64,000 bases of DNA. Source: a plasmid. Position 1 is the first letter of the stretch; every line of letters begins with the position of its first letter. The position numbers and the translations under genes are program-made. Below the pieces are notes generated by a model. It searched no databases, was not told the origin of the DNA, and saw only the letters and a list, made by a program, of their open reading frames with translations. Positions 9,870 through 22,097 of the stretch are shown piece by piece. The DNA lies in sequence record CP132210.1; one strand, given 5' to 3'.

Positions 9870-11107
9870 CAGTGTTCACCTTCTGTATGGGTTGGGGCGG
9901 AGGCTGTGGCTGCCGCCGCCATTGTAGCAAATTGAAGACGGAGCGAGAGTAGAGCCACGAGCCCCGCAAACACGGCCGATACAACGAGGCCAGGGAGCGG
10001 ACCAGCAAGGTCGACAAACGCGCCGGCCGCAAGCATAACCATGGGCGAGGCTGACAGCATCACCGCCGAGACCGTGCCGAGTACCCGGCCGAGAAGTTCT
10101 GGCGGCGTGCGGTTGTAGATGGCAGCGTTGAGAATGGGAGAGACTGAGCCGGTCAGCAGTCCCACGAGCGCGCCCAACAACATCAGCACCGGCACGCCTG
10201 GCAACTGTGAAAGCAGAAGCGAGCCCACCGCAGAGCCACAAAATGCCACCGCCAGCCAGTTCTGCGCTGATATCCGGGCGCCGACCGACGCATGAATGGC
10301 AATGCCAAGGAGACCACCAGCCCCCATCATTGAGGAGAACAGCCCGAGCTCTGCTACTTGGCGTCCTGCATCTACAAACAGCGCAGGCATGATGACGCTG
10401 CCGTTGGCGCCAACGATGCCCACGAAGATCATCACTATACCAAAGAGAGGGCGCAGCAGGGGTTCGCTCCAGAGAAAAGCGACGCCGGCGCGCATGGAGA
10501 GAGTCGCCGTCGTGGTCATCGTCCGAGCGGCACGCGCGGGAAGCACCCACGCGCCGAGCAGACCTGCAAGGACGGAGCAGAACGCCGTCAGCCCGAGCGT
10601 TGGCGCAGCGCCAAGCAGGCCGATTGCGGCCCCCCCAAGGGCCGGGCCACCTAGAATCGCGACGTTCCCGATCACCGCTTTCAGTGACGAGACGCGCTCA
10701 ACGGAGAGCCCGGCGACGTGGCCGAGTTTGGGCAGCTCACTGTCCTGCGCGGCCATACCGGGTGCGTCGAACGCGGCACCGAGCACCACGCAAGCGATCA
10801 GCCCAGTGTTCGAGAGGGCGCCAACGGCATCGAGCAGTGGGATGCTCGCCATGGCCACGCCGCCCACCACACCCGAGATCAATGCGACGGGCGCGCGCCC
10901 GAACCGATCGACGAGGCCACCACCAACCCACGCGCCGATGATGGTCGCGATGACGCTGCTAGCGGCCGTGGCGCCCGCCCAGGCCGCGCTCTTTGTATGA
11001 GACAGGACGAACCATGGAAGCGCGAGGGCCGCCACCGCGTTGCCGATCCGGAAGAGAAAGGTCGCCGCGAACAGCGTCGCGAGCGGGCTATATCGACGTT
11101 CGCTCAT
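9869..11107 (-). CDS. mrx: MFS-type membrane protein Mrx(A), 412 aa
   Basis: A polytopic protein rich in hydrophobic segments, positioned between mph(A) and mphR(A). Confidence 0.85.
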   Translation of the reverse strand: MSERRYSPLATLFAATFLFRIGNAVAALALPWFVLSHTKSAAWAGATAASSVIATIIGAWVGGGLVDRFGRAPVALISGVVGGVAMASIPLLDAVGALSNTGLIACVVLGAAFDAPGMAAQDSELPKLGHVAGLSVERVSSLKAVIGNVAILGGPALGGAAIGLLGAAPTLGLTAFCSVLAGLLGAWVLPARAARTMTTTATLSMRAGVAFLWSEPLLRPLFGIVMIFVGIVGANGSVIMPALFVDAGRQVAELGLFSSMMGAGGLLGIAIHASVGARISAQNWLAVAFCGSAVGSLLLSQLPGVPVLMLLGALVGLLTGSVSPILNAAIYNRTPPELLGRVLGTVSAVMLSASPMVMLAAGAFVDLAGPLPGLVVSAVFAGLVALLSLRLQFATMAAAATASAPTHTEGEH

Positions 11108-12009
11108 TCCGCTGCGGCGAGCTGCGCCTTCGCCGCAGCGAGGTACTCTTCGTTACCCGAGTCGAGGGCGAAGAGTGCGTAGGTGACCGCCCCGAACGCA
11201 AGGCGCTCCGCGATGTGGTGGGCGAGCCGCGGCCACACCCGGCCACCGGCCGCTTCATACGTGAGGAGGAGCTTCGCGAGCCCCTCTTCACCAAAGACCA
11301 TAAGGTGCGCGGCCATGTCGATGGCAGGGTCATCAACGCGGGCCTCGCTCCAGTCGATCATCCCGCTGACGCGCTCCGTGTTGTCGATGAGCACATGGCC
11401 CACGTAGAGATCGCCATGCACCACCACGGAGAAATCTGGCCACGACGAATCGTCGTCGAGCCAGCGCTGCCACCGGTGGAGGCGCTTGTCGTTCACCACG
11501 AACTCGCGTCGGACGCGGTCAACGTCGTCGGCCACCTTCTGACGGGCCTGCGTCGGTGTACGGATGAGCATCCCCGCATCCACGGCGGCGGAAATGGGGA
11601 CGGCATGCAGGGCGGCGAGCGCGGTCGCGAAGCTCTCCGCGAAGACCTCCGAGTCCTGCGGCACGACCCAGTCGGGCGTGGACGAACCAGGCTGGATGAC
11701 CATCGCAGTCGAGTCTTCGAGCATGGGATAGGCAACGAGCTCGGCGTTGGCCACGCGCCAGTCCGGCACCGCGAACGGCAGGCGATTCTTGAGCATTGCC
11801 AGCACCCGCGCCTCTGGTTCGACCTTCGCGCTTACCTCGGCTCGGCGCGGGATGCGCAGCACCCACCGACGTCCATCGTCGACGGTGGCGATCACGATCC
11901 TATAGTCGAGCCCAAGCTCATTGACAGTCAGCGGGCCATGGAGCTTGAGCCCATGTCGGGCTGCAAGTGCGTACAGTTGGGAGGTATCGGCGGTCGTGAC
12001 TACGGTCAT
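11104..12009 (-). CDS. mph(A): macrolide 2'-phosphotransferase Mph(A), 301 aa
   Basis: MTVVTTADTSQLYALAARHGLKLHGPLTVNELGLDYRIV... with the APH-family motif HGDLYVGHVLID. Confidence 0.9.
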   Translation of the reverse strand: MTVVTTADTSQLYALAARHGLKLHGPLTVNELGLDYRIVIATVDDGRRWVLRIPRRAEVSAKVEPEARVLAMLKNRLPFAVPDWRVANAELVAYPMLEDSTAMVIQPGSSTPDWVVPQDSEVFAESFATALAALHAVPISAAVDAGMLIRTPTQARQKVADDVDRVRREFVVNDKRLHRWQRWLDDDSSWPDFSVVVHGDLYVGHVLIDNTERVSGMIDWSEARVDDPAIDMAAHLMVFGEEGLAKLLLTYEAAGGRVWPRLAHHIAERLAFGAVTYALFALDSGNEEYLAAAKAQLAAAE

Positions 12010-12078
12010 GATTCACTCCTGAGGGCTTGACGGGTTTAGCCACCTAAATGTAACAGTCACATCGGTTATATTCAATCC

Positions 12079-12898
12079 GGCACTGTTGCAAAGTTAGCGA
12101 TGAGGCAGCCTTTTGTCTTATTCAAAGGCCTTACATTTCAAAAACTCTGCTTACCAGGCGCATTTCGCCCAGGGGATCACCATAATAAAATGCTGAGGCC
12201 TGGCCTTTGCGTAGTGCACGCATCACCTCAATACCTTTGATGGTGGCGTAAGCCGTCTTCATGGATTTAAATCCCAGCGTGGCGCCGATTATCCGTTTCA
12301 GTTTGCCATGATCGCATTCAATCACGTTGTTCCGGTACTTAATCTGTCGGTGTTCAACGTCAGACGGGCACCGGCCTTCGCGTTTGAGCAGAGCAAGCGC
12401 GCGACCATAGGCGGGCGCTTTATCCGTGTTGATGAATCGCGGGATCTGCCACTTCTTCACGTTGTTGAGGATTTTACCCAGAAACCGGTATGCAGCTTTG
12501 CTGTTACGACGGGAGGAGAGATAAAAATCGACAGTGCGGCCCCGGCTGTCGACGGCCCGGTACAGATACGCCCAGCGGCCATTGACCTTCACGTAGGTTT
12601 CATCCATGTGCCACGGGCAAAGATCGGAAGGGTTACGCCAGTACCAGCGCAGCCGTTTTTCCATTTCAGGCGCATAACGCTGAACCCAGCGGTAAATCGT
12701 GGAGTGATCGACATTCACTCCGCGTTCAGCCAGCATCTCCTGCAGCTCACGGTAACTGATGCCGTATTTGCAGTACCAGCGTACGGCCCACAGAATGATG
12801 TCACGCTGAAAATGCCGGCCTTTGAATGGGTTCATGTGCAGCTCCATCAGCAAAAGGGGATGATAAGTTTATCACCACCGACTATTTGCAACAGTGCC
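12079..12898 (-). mobile_element. tnp26: IS26 copy 1, 820 bp. tnp26 at about 12131-12835.
   Basis: 14-bp IRs GGCACTGTTGCAAA and reverse complement. Tnp [34 protein letters not shown]... The flanking 8 bp differ, so there is no TSD. Confidence 0.95.
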
Positions 12899-14214
12899 AA
12901 AATGGCGACCACTATTGGGTAAGTGCTTATGTAACGCCAATAGCTAAGAATGGTTCGATTGTTGAATACCAGTCTGTAAGGACCAAGCCTGAACCTGAGC
13001 AGGTTTTGGCTGCGGAAAAATTATATGCTCAATTGAGAAGCGGGAAGGCCGCGAGGCCGAAATTGGCTGCTAGCTTTTCCGTGAAAATACTCTTGCTCAT
13101 ATGGGGTAGTATTATATCAAGCGCAATGGCTGCCGGCATGCTTACTGATACATCAATAAGCAGCTTATTGTTAGCCACTTTAATGTCAGGAAGCTTAAGC
13201 TCTGTTAGTGTTTTGGCTATTCTCTCTCCTCTTGGAAGACTGGTTGAAAGAGCCAGGAATATTTCCAATAACCCATTAAGTCAATCCCTCTACACTGGGC
13301 GCACCGATGAGTTTGGCCAAATAGAGTTTGCTTTACGAATGATGCAAGCTGAAACAGGCGCCATAGTAGGTCGCATAGGTGATGCATCAAATCGGCTTAG
13401 CGAACACACCCGAGGCCTACTAAAGGATATTGAGTCAAGCAATGTACTTACAGTTGAGCAGCAGGCAGAGACAGATCAAATAGCAACGGCAGTAAACCAA
13501 ATGGTGGCAAGCATTCAAGAGGTTGCGAGCAATGCACAGCATGCTGCAGATGCGGCCGGAAGAGCAGACACTGAGACGGCATCTGGCCAGCGTCTGGTAG
13601 CCCACACAAGCCAGTCAATCACTGCCCTTGAAGGTGAAATTAGGCAAGCCACTCAGGTTATTCATGAGCTTGAAGGTCAAAGTAACGAGATATCAAAAGT
13701 TCTTGACGTTATACGAGGGATCGCCGAGCAAACGAATTTGTTGGCACTCAACGCAGCAATTGAGGCCGCGCGTGCTGGTGAGCAGGGGCGTGGTTTTGCT
13801 GTTGTCGCCGATGAGGTTCGCAGTCTTGCTGCTCGCACACAGCAATCGACAACGGATATTCAAAGCATGATCAGCGCTCTACAAGAGCGAGCGCAATCCG
13901 CTGTTACAGTCATGGAGCAAAGTAGTCGGCAAGCGCACACGAGTGTAGCTCACGCAGAGGAAGCAGCTACAGCTCTTGATGGAATTGGCCAACGCGTTAA
14001 CGAAATTACCGACATGAACGCGCAAATAGCGACTGCGGTCGAGCAGCAGGGAGCAGTAAGTGAAGACATAAACCGCAGTATTATCAATATACGCGATGCT
14101 GCTGATACCAATGTACAGACCGGGCAGAATAATTTGCAAAGTGCGAAATCTGTCGCTCAGTTAACTAGCGCTCTGAGCGAACTGGCAAAACAGTTTTGGG
14201 AAAAACGAGGATAA
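12899..14214 (+). pseudogene. mcp: methyl-accepting chemotaxis protein (Tn1721 orfI-like), N-terminally truncated by IS26
   Basis: HAMP and methyl-accepting signalling domains: ...[32 protein letters not shown]... The apparent N-terminus [24 protein letters not shown] is IS26-end read-through. Confidence 0.7.
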
Positions 14215-14365
14215 CGCTTTTCAGTATCTCGACAGGGATAACTTACTTTACCATCGGTTATCCCTTTTAGCCGCACAAATTTTAGCCATGGCTTTTCAGG
14301 AAGTCAGGGCTATCAGAATGGCCTTAGAAAGCCTAGTCAAAGAGCTGTCACGAGAACACCGTTAG

Positions 14366-14403
14366 CTTAGCGTACGATTTTTTCCGAATTCTGCGGTTCC
14401 CCC
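14366..14403. repeat. 38-bp IR, Tn501/Tn1721 type, with its outer end at 14403. It is internal to the island and pairs with the Tn1721-type MCP end.
   Basis: Reverse complement GGGGGAACCGCAGAATTCGGAAAAAATCGTACGCTAAG. Confidence 0.75.
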
Positions 14404-14541
14404 AAAGAGGCTGCACAGCGGCGATTCTTGCCCTAAAATAGCGTAAAAAACAGCGGCAAAGCGCGATAACAACACCGGGTGTCGCCAGGGCCGTAGCCTG
14501 GGTGGTGACGCCTGGTGTGAAAAAATGGTAAGGGGAGAGCG

Positions 14542-15303
14542 GTGATTCCAATAGAACGACATCAGCGTATTTTAGCCCTGGTGGAGCAGCGTGGGGCGGT
14601 AAGCATTAACGAGCTGACGGAGATCCTCGGCGTGTCCCATATGACCATCCGTCGGGACGTCAGTAAACTGGAGGAGCAGGGGCTGCTGGTCAGCGTCTCG
14701 GGCGGCGTACGCGCCGTCAGCCGGCTGGCCGCGGAACCCAGTCATCTGGTGAAAAGCACGCTGCAGAGTGAGGAGAAACAGGCGATCGGCGCGCTGGCGG
14801 CGAGTCATATCGCTAAAAACAGTTGCATCTATCTGGATGCCGGGACTACCACCCTGGCGCTGGCGCGGGCGATCCTCGACCGGAACGATCTCCAGGTGGT
14901 CACCAATGATTTTGAGATAACCCAGCTGCTGATCGATGCCAGCCAGTGCGGCGTGATCCACACCGGCGGCACTCTGTGCCGGGAGAACCGCTCCTGCGTG
15001 GGCGAATCGGCGGCGCGTACGTTACGCCACCTGGCTATCGATACGGCCTTTATCTCCGCCAGCGGCTGGGACAGTCGCGGGATATTCACCCCTGATGAGA
15101 ACAAGGTTACCGTCAAGGAGACCGTCAGCCAGGTCAGCGCGAGAAGCATCCTGCTGTGCGACAGTTCGAAATACAATCAGGTGGCCACGTTTATGGCGTT
15201 ACCTTTGACCCGGTTCACCACCATCATTACCGACCGGCATCTTTCCGATGCCGCCGCCAGTCATATCGCCCGGCACGCCTGCGAGGTGCTGCGGGCCGGA
15301 TAA
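14542..15303 (+). CDS. deoR: DeoR-family transcriptional regulator (ygbI-like, Klebsiella chromosomal type), 253 aa
   Basis: N-terminal HTH RILALVEQRGAVSINELTEILGVSHMTIRRDVSKLEEQG and a C-terminal DeoR sugar-binding domain. Usual companion of blaSHV. Confidence 0.7.
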   Translation: MIPIERHQRILALVEQRGAVSINELTEILGVSHMTIRRDVSKLEEQGLLVSVSGGVRAVSRLAAEPSHLVKSTLQSEEKQAIGALAASHIAKNSCIYLDAGTTTLALARAILDRNDLQVVTNDFEITQLLIDASQCGVIHTGGTLCRENRSCVGESAARTLRHLAIDTAFISASGWDSRGIFTPDENKVTVKETVSQVSARSILLCDSSKYNQVATFMALPLTRFTTIITDRHLSDAAASHIARHACEVLRAG

Positions 15304-15323
15304 CGCGCGCGGCCACCGCCGGG

Positions 15324-16181
15324 TTAGCGTTGCCAGTGCTCGATCAGCGCCGCGCCGATCCCGGCGATTTGCTGATTTCGCTCGGCCATGCTCGCCGGCG
15401 TATCCCGCAGATAAATCACCACAATGCGCTCTGCTTTGTTATTCGGGCCAAGCAGGGCGACAATCCCGCGCGCACCCCGCTTGCTAGCTCCGGTCTTATC
15501 GGCGATAAACCAGCCCGCCGGCAGCACGGAGCGGATCAACGGTCCGGCGACCCGATCGTCCACCATCCACTGCAGCAGCTGCCGTTGCGAACGGGCGCTC
15601 AGACGCTGGCTGGTCAGCAGCTTGCGCAGGGTCGCGGCCATGCTGGCCGGGGTAGTGGTGTCGCGGGCGTCGCCGGGAAGCGCCTCATTCAGTTCCGTTT
15701 CCCAGCGGTCAAGGCGGGTGACGTTGTCGCCGATCTGGCGCAAAAAGGCAGTCAATCCTGCGGGGCCGCCGACGGTGGCCAGCAGCAGATTGGCGGCGCT
15801 GTTATCGCTCATGGTAATGGCGGCGGCGCAGAGTTCGCCGACCGTCATGCCGTCGGCAAGGTGTTTTTCGCTGACCGGCGAGTAGTCCACCAGATCCTGC
15901 TGGCGATAGTGGATCTTTCGCTCCAGCTGTTCGTCACCGGCATCCACCCGCGCCAGCACTGCGCCGCAGAGCACTACTTTAAAGGTGCTCATCATGGGAA
16001 AGCGTTCATCGGCGCGCCAGGCGGTCAGCGTGCGGCCGCTGGCCAGATCCATTTCTATCATGCCTACGCGGCCCGACAGCTGGCTTTCGCTTTGTTTAAT
16101 TTGCTCAAGCGGCTGCGGGCTGGCGTGTACCGCCAGCGGCAGGGTGGCTAACAGGGAGATAATACACAGGCGAATATAACG
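15324..16181 (-). CDS. blaSHV-12: class A beta-lactamase SHV with L35Q, G238S and E240K, giving an SHV-12-type ESBL, 286 aa
   Basis: [35 protein letters not shown]... ...[20 protein letters not shown]... The 5' extension in the ORF track is not part of the gene. Confidence 0.85.
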   Translation of the reverse strand, partial: RYIRLCIISLLATLPLAVHASPQPLEQIKQSESQLSGRVGMIEMDLASGRTLTAWRADERFPMMSTFKVVLCGAVLARVDAGDEQLERKIHYRQQDLVDYSPVSEKHLADGMTVGELCAAAITMSDNSAANLLLATVGGPAGLTAFLRQIGDNVTRLDRWETELNEALPGDARDTTTPASMAATLRKLLTSQRLSARSQRQLLQWMVDDRVAGPLIRSVLPAGWFIADKTGASKRGARGIVALLGPNNKAERIVVIYLRDTPASMAERNQQIAGIGAALIEHWQR

Positions 16182-16257
16182 CATAACCACAATACATCCT
16201 TGAGTGAAGGCCGATAAAGGCGAGTAAAGAAGCGACAAATAAGAATAACCCGGCGTT

Positions 16258-17077
16258 GGCACTGTTGCAAATAGTCGGTGGTGATAAACTTATCATCCCC
16301 TTTTGCTGATGGAGCTGCACATGAACCCATTCAAAGGCCGGCATTTTCAGCGTGACATCATTCTGTGGGCCGTACGCTGGTACTGCAAATACGGCATCAG
16401 TTACCGTGAGCTGCAGGAGATGCTGGCTGAACGCGGAGTGAATGTCGATCACTCCACGATTTACCGCTGGGTTCAGCGTTATGCGCCTGAAATGGAAAAA
16501 CGGCTGCGCTGGTACTGGCGTAACCCTTCCGATCTTTGCCCGTGGCACATGGATGAAACCTACGTGAAGGTCAATGGCCGCTGGGCGTATCTGTACCGGG
16601 CCGTCGACAGCCGGGGCCGCACTGTCGATTTTTATCTCTCCTCCCGTCGTAACAGCAAAGCTGCATACCGGTTTCTGGGTAAAATCCTCAACAACGTGAA
16701 GAAGTGGCAGATCCCGCGATTCATCAACACGGATAAAGCGCCCGCCTATGGTCGCGCGCTTGCTCTGCTCAAACGCGAAGGCCGGTGCCCGTCTGACGTT
16801 GAACACCGACAGATTAAGTACCGGAACAACGTGATTGAATGCGATCATGGCAAACTGAAACGGATAATCGGCGCCACGCTGGGATTTAAATCCATGAAGA
16901 CGGCTTACGCCACCATCAAAGGTATTGAGGTGATGCGTGCACTACGCAAAGGCCAGGCCTCAGCATTTTATTATGGTGATCCCCTGGGCGAAATGCGCCT
17001 GGTAAGCAGAGTTTTTGAAATGTAAGGCCTTTGAATAAGACAAAAGGCTGCCTCATCGCTAACTTTGCAACAGTGCC
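16258..17077 (+). mobile_element. tnp26: IS26 copy 2, 820 bp. tnp26 at about 16321-17025. It sits immediately upstream of blaSHV.
   Basis: IRs at 16258-16271 and 17064-17077. No TSD. Confidence 0.95.
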
Positions 17078-17598
17078 GTCTTGCTCACCTTGAGCCGTGT
17101 AGCGGCCTCTCGGACATTAAGCCCGTTGGCGATGTGCTCCCGCGCTCGCTGCAACTTGTCGGCGGTGACAACCGGCTTTCGCCCGCCCTTCCTCCCACGA
17201 GCGGCGGCGGCAGTCAACCCGGCCTTGGTGCGCTCGCGGATCAAGTCGCGCTCGAACTGGCCCAGCGCGCCGAACACGTGGAAGATGAGCCGCCCGCCTG
17301 GCGTGGTGGTGTCGATGGCTTCCGTCAGAGAACGGAAGCCGACGCCTCGCGCTTCCAGCGCGCCTATCGTTTCGATTAGGTGCGGCATAGAGCGCCCGAG
17401 CCGATCCAGCCGCCAGACGGCCAGCACGTCGCCGTCGCGCAGGTAGGCCAGCGCATCAGCCAAGCCGGGGCGGTCGGCCTTGGCCCCGGAAGCCGTGTCC
17501 TCGAAAACGCGCTCGCAGCCTGCCTTGCGTAGCGCATCCGTCTGCAAGGCGGTGTCCTGTTCCGCCGTCGATACCCGCGCATAGCCGATCAGTGCCAT
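17078..17598 (-). pseudogene. serine recombinase/resolvase. The last few codons are replaced by the IS26 end.
   Basis: MALIGYARVSTAEQDTALQTDALRKAGCERVFEDTASGAKADRPGL... with a C-terminal HTH. The ORF extends into the IS26 IR. Confidence 0.7.
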
Positions 17599-17779
17599 TT
17601 GCCGCCTCTCTTGTCCGTCATTCCGTCCGCCTATCTTAATGTCCGACAACCCGTTGTGCAATAACTTTGCTGGACAGTGTCCGGCATGGCCGACTAATGA
17701 TCGTTTGACGGACATTGACGGTAAGGCATTTTTGCATTACTATGTGAAGCATCAACCTTGATTGCGAGGGCAAACCACC

Positions 17780-18031
17780 ATGACCACATTGACCGTTACC
17801 GCACGGGGACAAGTGACGTTTCGGAAGGACGTACTGCAACACCTCGGCATCAGGCCAGGCGACAAGATCGAGCTGGACTTGTTGCCAGACGGTCGGGGCG
17901 TGCTCAAGGCGGCACGGCCCGCAGGGACGATAGCCAGCTTTGTCGGCCTGCTCGCGGGCAAGACGCAGAAGGTTGCCACCATCGAAGAAATCAACGAGGC
18001 GGCGGCGCAAGGCTGGGCAGGTAAGCAATGA
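17780..18031 (+). CDS. vapB: AbrB/MazE-family antitoxin (VapB-like)
   Basis: MTTLTVTARGQVTFRKDVLQHLGIRPGDKIELD... SpoVT/AbrB swapped-hairpin. It overlaps the following PIN gene by 4 bp. Confidence 0.65.
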   Translation: MTTLTVTARGQVTFRKDVLQHLGIRPGDKIELDLLPDGRGVLKAARPAGTIASFVGLLAGKTQKVATIEEINEAAAQGWAGKQ

Positions 18032-18423
18032 AGGTCGCAGTCGATACCAACGTCCTTGTGCGTGCGGTTGTGCGTGACGATCCCGCACAAGCGGACGTTG
18101 CCGCCGCAGTCTTGACCGACGCCGAGTTGATCGCGGTCGCGCTGCCGTGCCTATGCGAATTTGTTTGGGTGCTGCTGCGTGTCTACGGCTTCCAGCAAGC
18201 CGACGCGGCCAGCGCGATCCGGGCACTACTGGCCGCCGCGAATGTGGAAGTGAACCGGCCTGCCGTGGAGGCTGGCTTGCTGGTGCTCGACGCGGGCGGA
18301 GACTTTGCCGATGGCGTCATTGCCTACGAAGGCAACTGGCTTGGCGGGGAAACCTTCGTTTCCTTCGATAAGAAGGCGGTGGCACTTCTCACGGCGCAAG
18401 GGCAATCAACGCGCCTTTTGTGA
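18028..18423 (+). CDS. vapC: PIN-domain toxin (VapC-like), 131 aa
   Basis: MKVAVDTNVLVRAVVRDDPAQ... with the conserved acidic residues of PIN nucleases. Confidence 0.7.
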   Translation: MKVAVDTNVLVRAVVRDDPAQADVAAAVLTDAELIAVALPCLCEFVWVLLRVYGFQQADAASAIRALLAAANVEVNRPAVEAGLLVLDAGGDFADGVIAYEGNWLGGETFVSFDKKAVALLTAQGQSTRLL

Positions 18424-18971
18424 CGGACATGAGCATGAACGAATTCCGCCGACTGGCCGCGAAGATCGACCAACACATGCAGCAGCTTGCCGCCCAGGGT
18501 GTCAGCGAGGCCCATGCCATCATCAATCGCATGATGGGGTACGGGCCTGACCTGCACAGGATTTGGGTCGGCACATCCGATCAGCAGCTCATGGCGCTGT
18601 CCCGCGAGTTCCCAGGGTTCTACCGCTACGCCCGCATCATGGAAGAGGCATCCGAAGCCGAGCGCCGCAAGGCTTCGCGGCCCTATGACGGCATGGCCGA
18701 GTTCTCCGAACAGCACAAGCAAATGGGCGCGCAACTGCTGACCACGGCGGCCACGCTTGAGCGTGGCTACCAGGCGTTTCGTGCGAGCGGCAGTCTCCAA
18801 GACTTCCGGCCTCAGCTCGACGAGCTGGGCCGCCTGCATCGGCAATGGCTGTCCGACCTGGAAGCCTTCAAAGACTCGCTGCGCACGCAGGGCGCAGAAC
18901 CCAAGGTGCTGGAATACGTGAACGAGGCTTTCGGCCGCCTGGCCGAGCGCATCAAGCAGCTTGCCGGTTGA
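18420..18971 (+). CDS. hypothetical protein, 183 aa. It overlaps the vapC stop, so it is probably co-transcribed.
   Basis: No recognisable domain. The ATGA overlap with vapC implies translational coupling. Confidence 0.4.
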   Translation: MTDMSMNEFRRLAAKIDQHMQQLAAQGVSEAHAIINRMMGYGPDLHRIWVGTSDQQLMALSREFPGFYRYARIMEEASEAERRKASRPYDGMAEFSEQHKQMGAQLLTTAATLERGYQAFRASGSLQDFRPQLDELGRLHRQWLSDLEAFKDSLRTQGAEPKVLEYVNEAFGRLAERIKQLAG

Positions 18972-19051
18972 TCGCCGGAATTTTCGGCGGTTCCGGCTTT
19001 GTCGCGCCGTGCACAAGAGTTCTGAGCAATTCCGATCTCTCGCGGCGCTTC

Positions 19052-19095
19052 GTGCATAGAACTTCTGACCGTTCCCGGTCAGAAGTTCTATGCAC
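19052..19095. repeat. perfect 20-bp stem / 4-nt loop hairpin: GTGCATAGAACTTCTGACCG ttcc CGGTCAGAAGTTCTATGCAC
   Basis: Direct reading of the sequence. No U-tract follows, so it is not a typical intrinsic terminator. Confidence 0.7.
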
Positions 19096-19125
19096 ACACG
19101 GCGGCCAGCCCAGTGAACTGGTGCA

Positions 19126-19150
19126 GTCGCCTTCTGAAAACGACAGCGGC
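19126..19150. repeat. 25-bp Tn402-family terminal IR (IRi-like; reverse complement TGTCGTTTTCAGAAGGCGACTGCAC) facing leftwards, 32 bp from IRi of integron B
   Basis: 21 of 25 positions match IRi and IRt. Confidence 0.6.
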
Positions 19151-19182
19151 AGCCTGTCGCGTAACTTAGGACTTGTGCGACA

Positions 19183-19207
19183 TGTCGTTTTCAGAAGACG
19201 GCTGCAC
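19183..19207. repeat. IRi of integron B
   Basis: TGTCGTTTTCAGAAGACGGCTGCAC. Confidence 0.85.
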
Positions 19208-19384
19208 TGAACGTCAGAAGCCGACTGCACTATAGCAGCGGAGGGGTTGGATCCATCAGGCAACGACGGGCTGCTGCCGGCCATCAGCGGACGCAGGGAG
19301 GACTTTCCGCAACCGGCCGTTCGATGCGGCACCGATGGCCTTCGCGCAGGGGTAGTGAATCCGCCAGGATTGACTTGCGCTGCC

Positions 19385-21365
<1,981 letters not shown>

Positions 21366-21472
21366 CAGATGCGGCATAACAAATCGTTGGAGCGGGACTT
21401 TTGCTACGCAGGCTGCGCCTACTCCGCAAAAGCCCCTCAACTCAGGCGTTAGGCATCACAAAGTACAGCATC

Positions 21473-22027
21473 GTGACCAACAGCAACGATTCCGTCACAC
21501 TGCGCCTCATGACTGAGCATGACCTTGCGATGCTCTATGAGTGGCTAAATCGATCTCATATCGTCGAGTGGTGGGGCGGAGAAGAAGCACGCCCGACACT
21601 TGCTGACGTACAGGAACAGTACTTGCCAAGCGTTTTAGCGCAAGAGTCCGTCACTCCATACATTGCAATGCTGAATGGAGAGCCGATTGGGTATGCCCAG
21701 TCGTACGTTGCTCTTGGAAGCGGGGACGGATGGTGGGAAGAAGAAACCGATCCAGGAGTACGCGGAATAGACCAGTCACTGGCGAATGCATCACAACTGG
21801 GCAAAGGCTTGGGAACCAAGCTGGTTCGAGCACTGGTTGAGTTGCTGTTCAATGATCCCGAGGTCACCAAGATCCAAACGGACCCGTCGCCGAGCAACTT
21901 GCGAGCGATCCGATGCTACGAGAAAGCGGGGTTTGAGAGGCAAGGTACCGTAACCACCCCAGATGGTCCAGCCGTGTACATGGTTCAAACACGCCAGGCA
22001 TTCGAGCGAACACGCAGTGATGCCTAA
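21473..22027 (+). CDS. aacA4: aminoglycoside 6'-N-acetyltransferase AAC(6')-Ib. It has W102 and D179 (not -cr) and Ser in the QSLANASQ motif (L119S-like, the AAC(6')-Ib' gentamicin-type signature). The start is ambiguous (GTG 21473 or further upstream).
   Basis: ...[33 protein letters not shown]...[31 protein letters not shown]...[11 protein letters not shown]... Confidence 0.85.
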   Translation: MTNSNDSVTLRLMTEHDLAMLYEWLNRSHIVEWWGGEEARPTLADVQEQYLPSVLAQESVTPYIAMLNGEPIGYAQSYVALGSGDGWWEEETDPGVRGIDQSLANASQLGKGLGTKLVRALVELLFNDPEVTKIQTDPSPSNLRAIRCYEKAGFERQGTVTTPDGPAVYMVQTRQAFERTRSDA

Positions 22028-22097
22028 CCCTTCCATCGAGGGGGACGTCCAAGGGCTGGCGCCCTTGGCCGCCCCTCATGTCAAACGTTAGACCGCT

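Noticed and set aside
12826-12898. N-terminus [24 protein letters not shown], seen on ORFs at 12826, 16148, 29893 and 51489
   Set aside because: It is read-through from the IS26 terminus into adjacent DNA and recurs at every IS26 copy. It is not a real start.
17636-18226. 196-aa and 112-aa minus-strand ORFs antisense to vapBC
   Set aside because: They are antisense to a well-supported toxin-antitoxin pair. Their Arg/Pro-rich composition is typical of GC-rich antisense frames.
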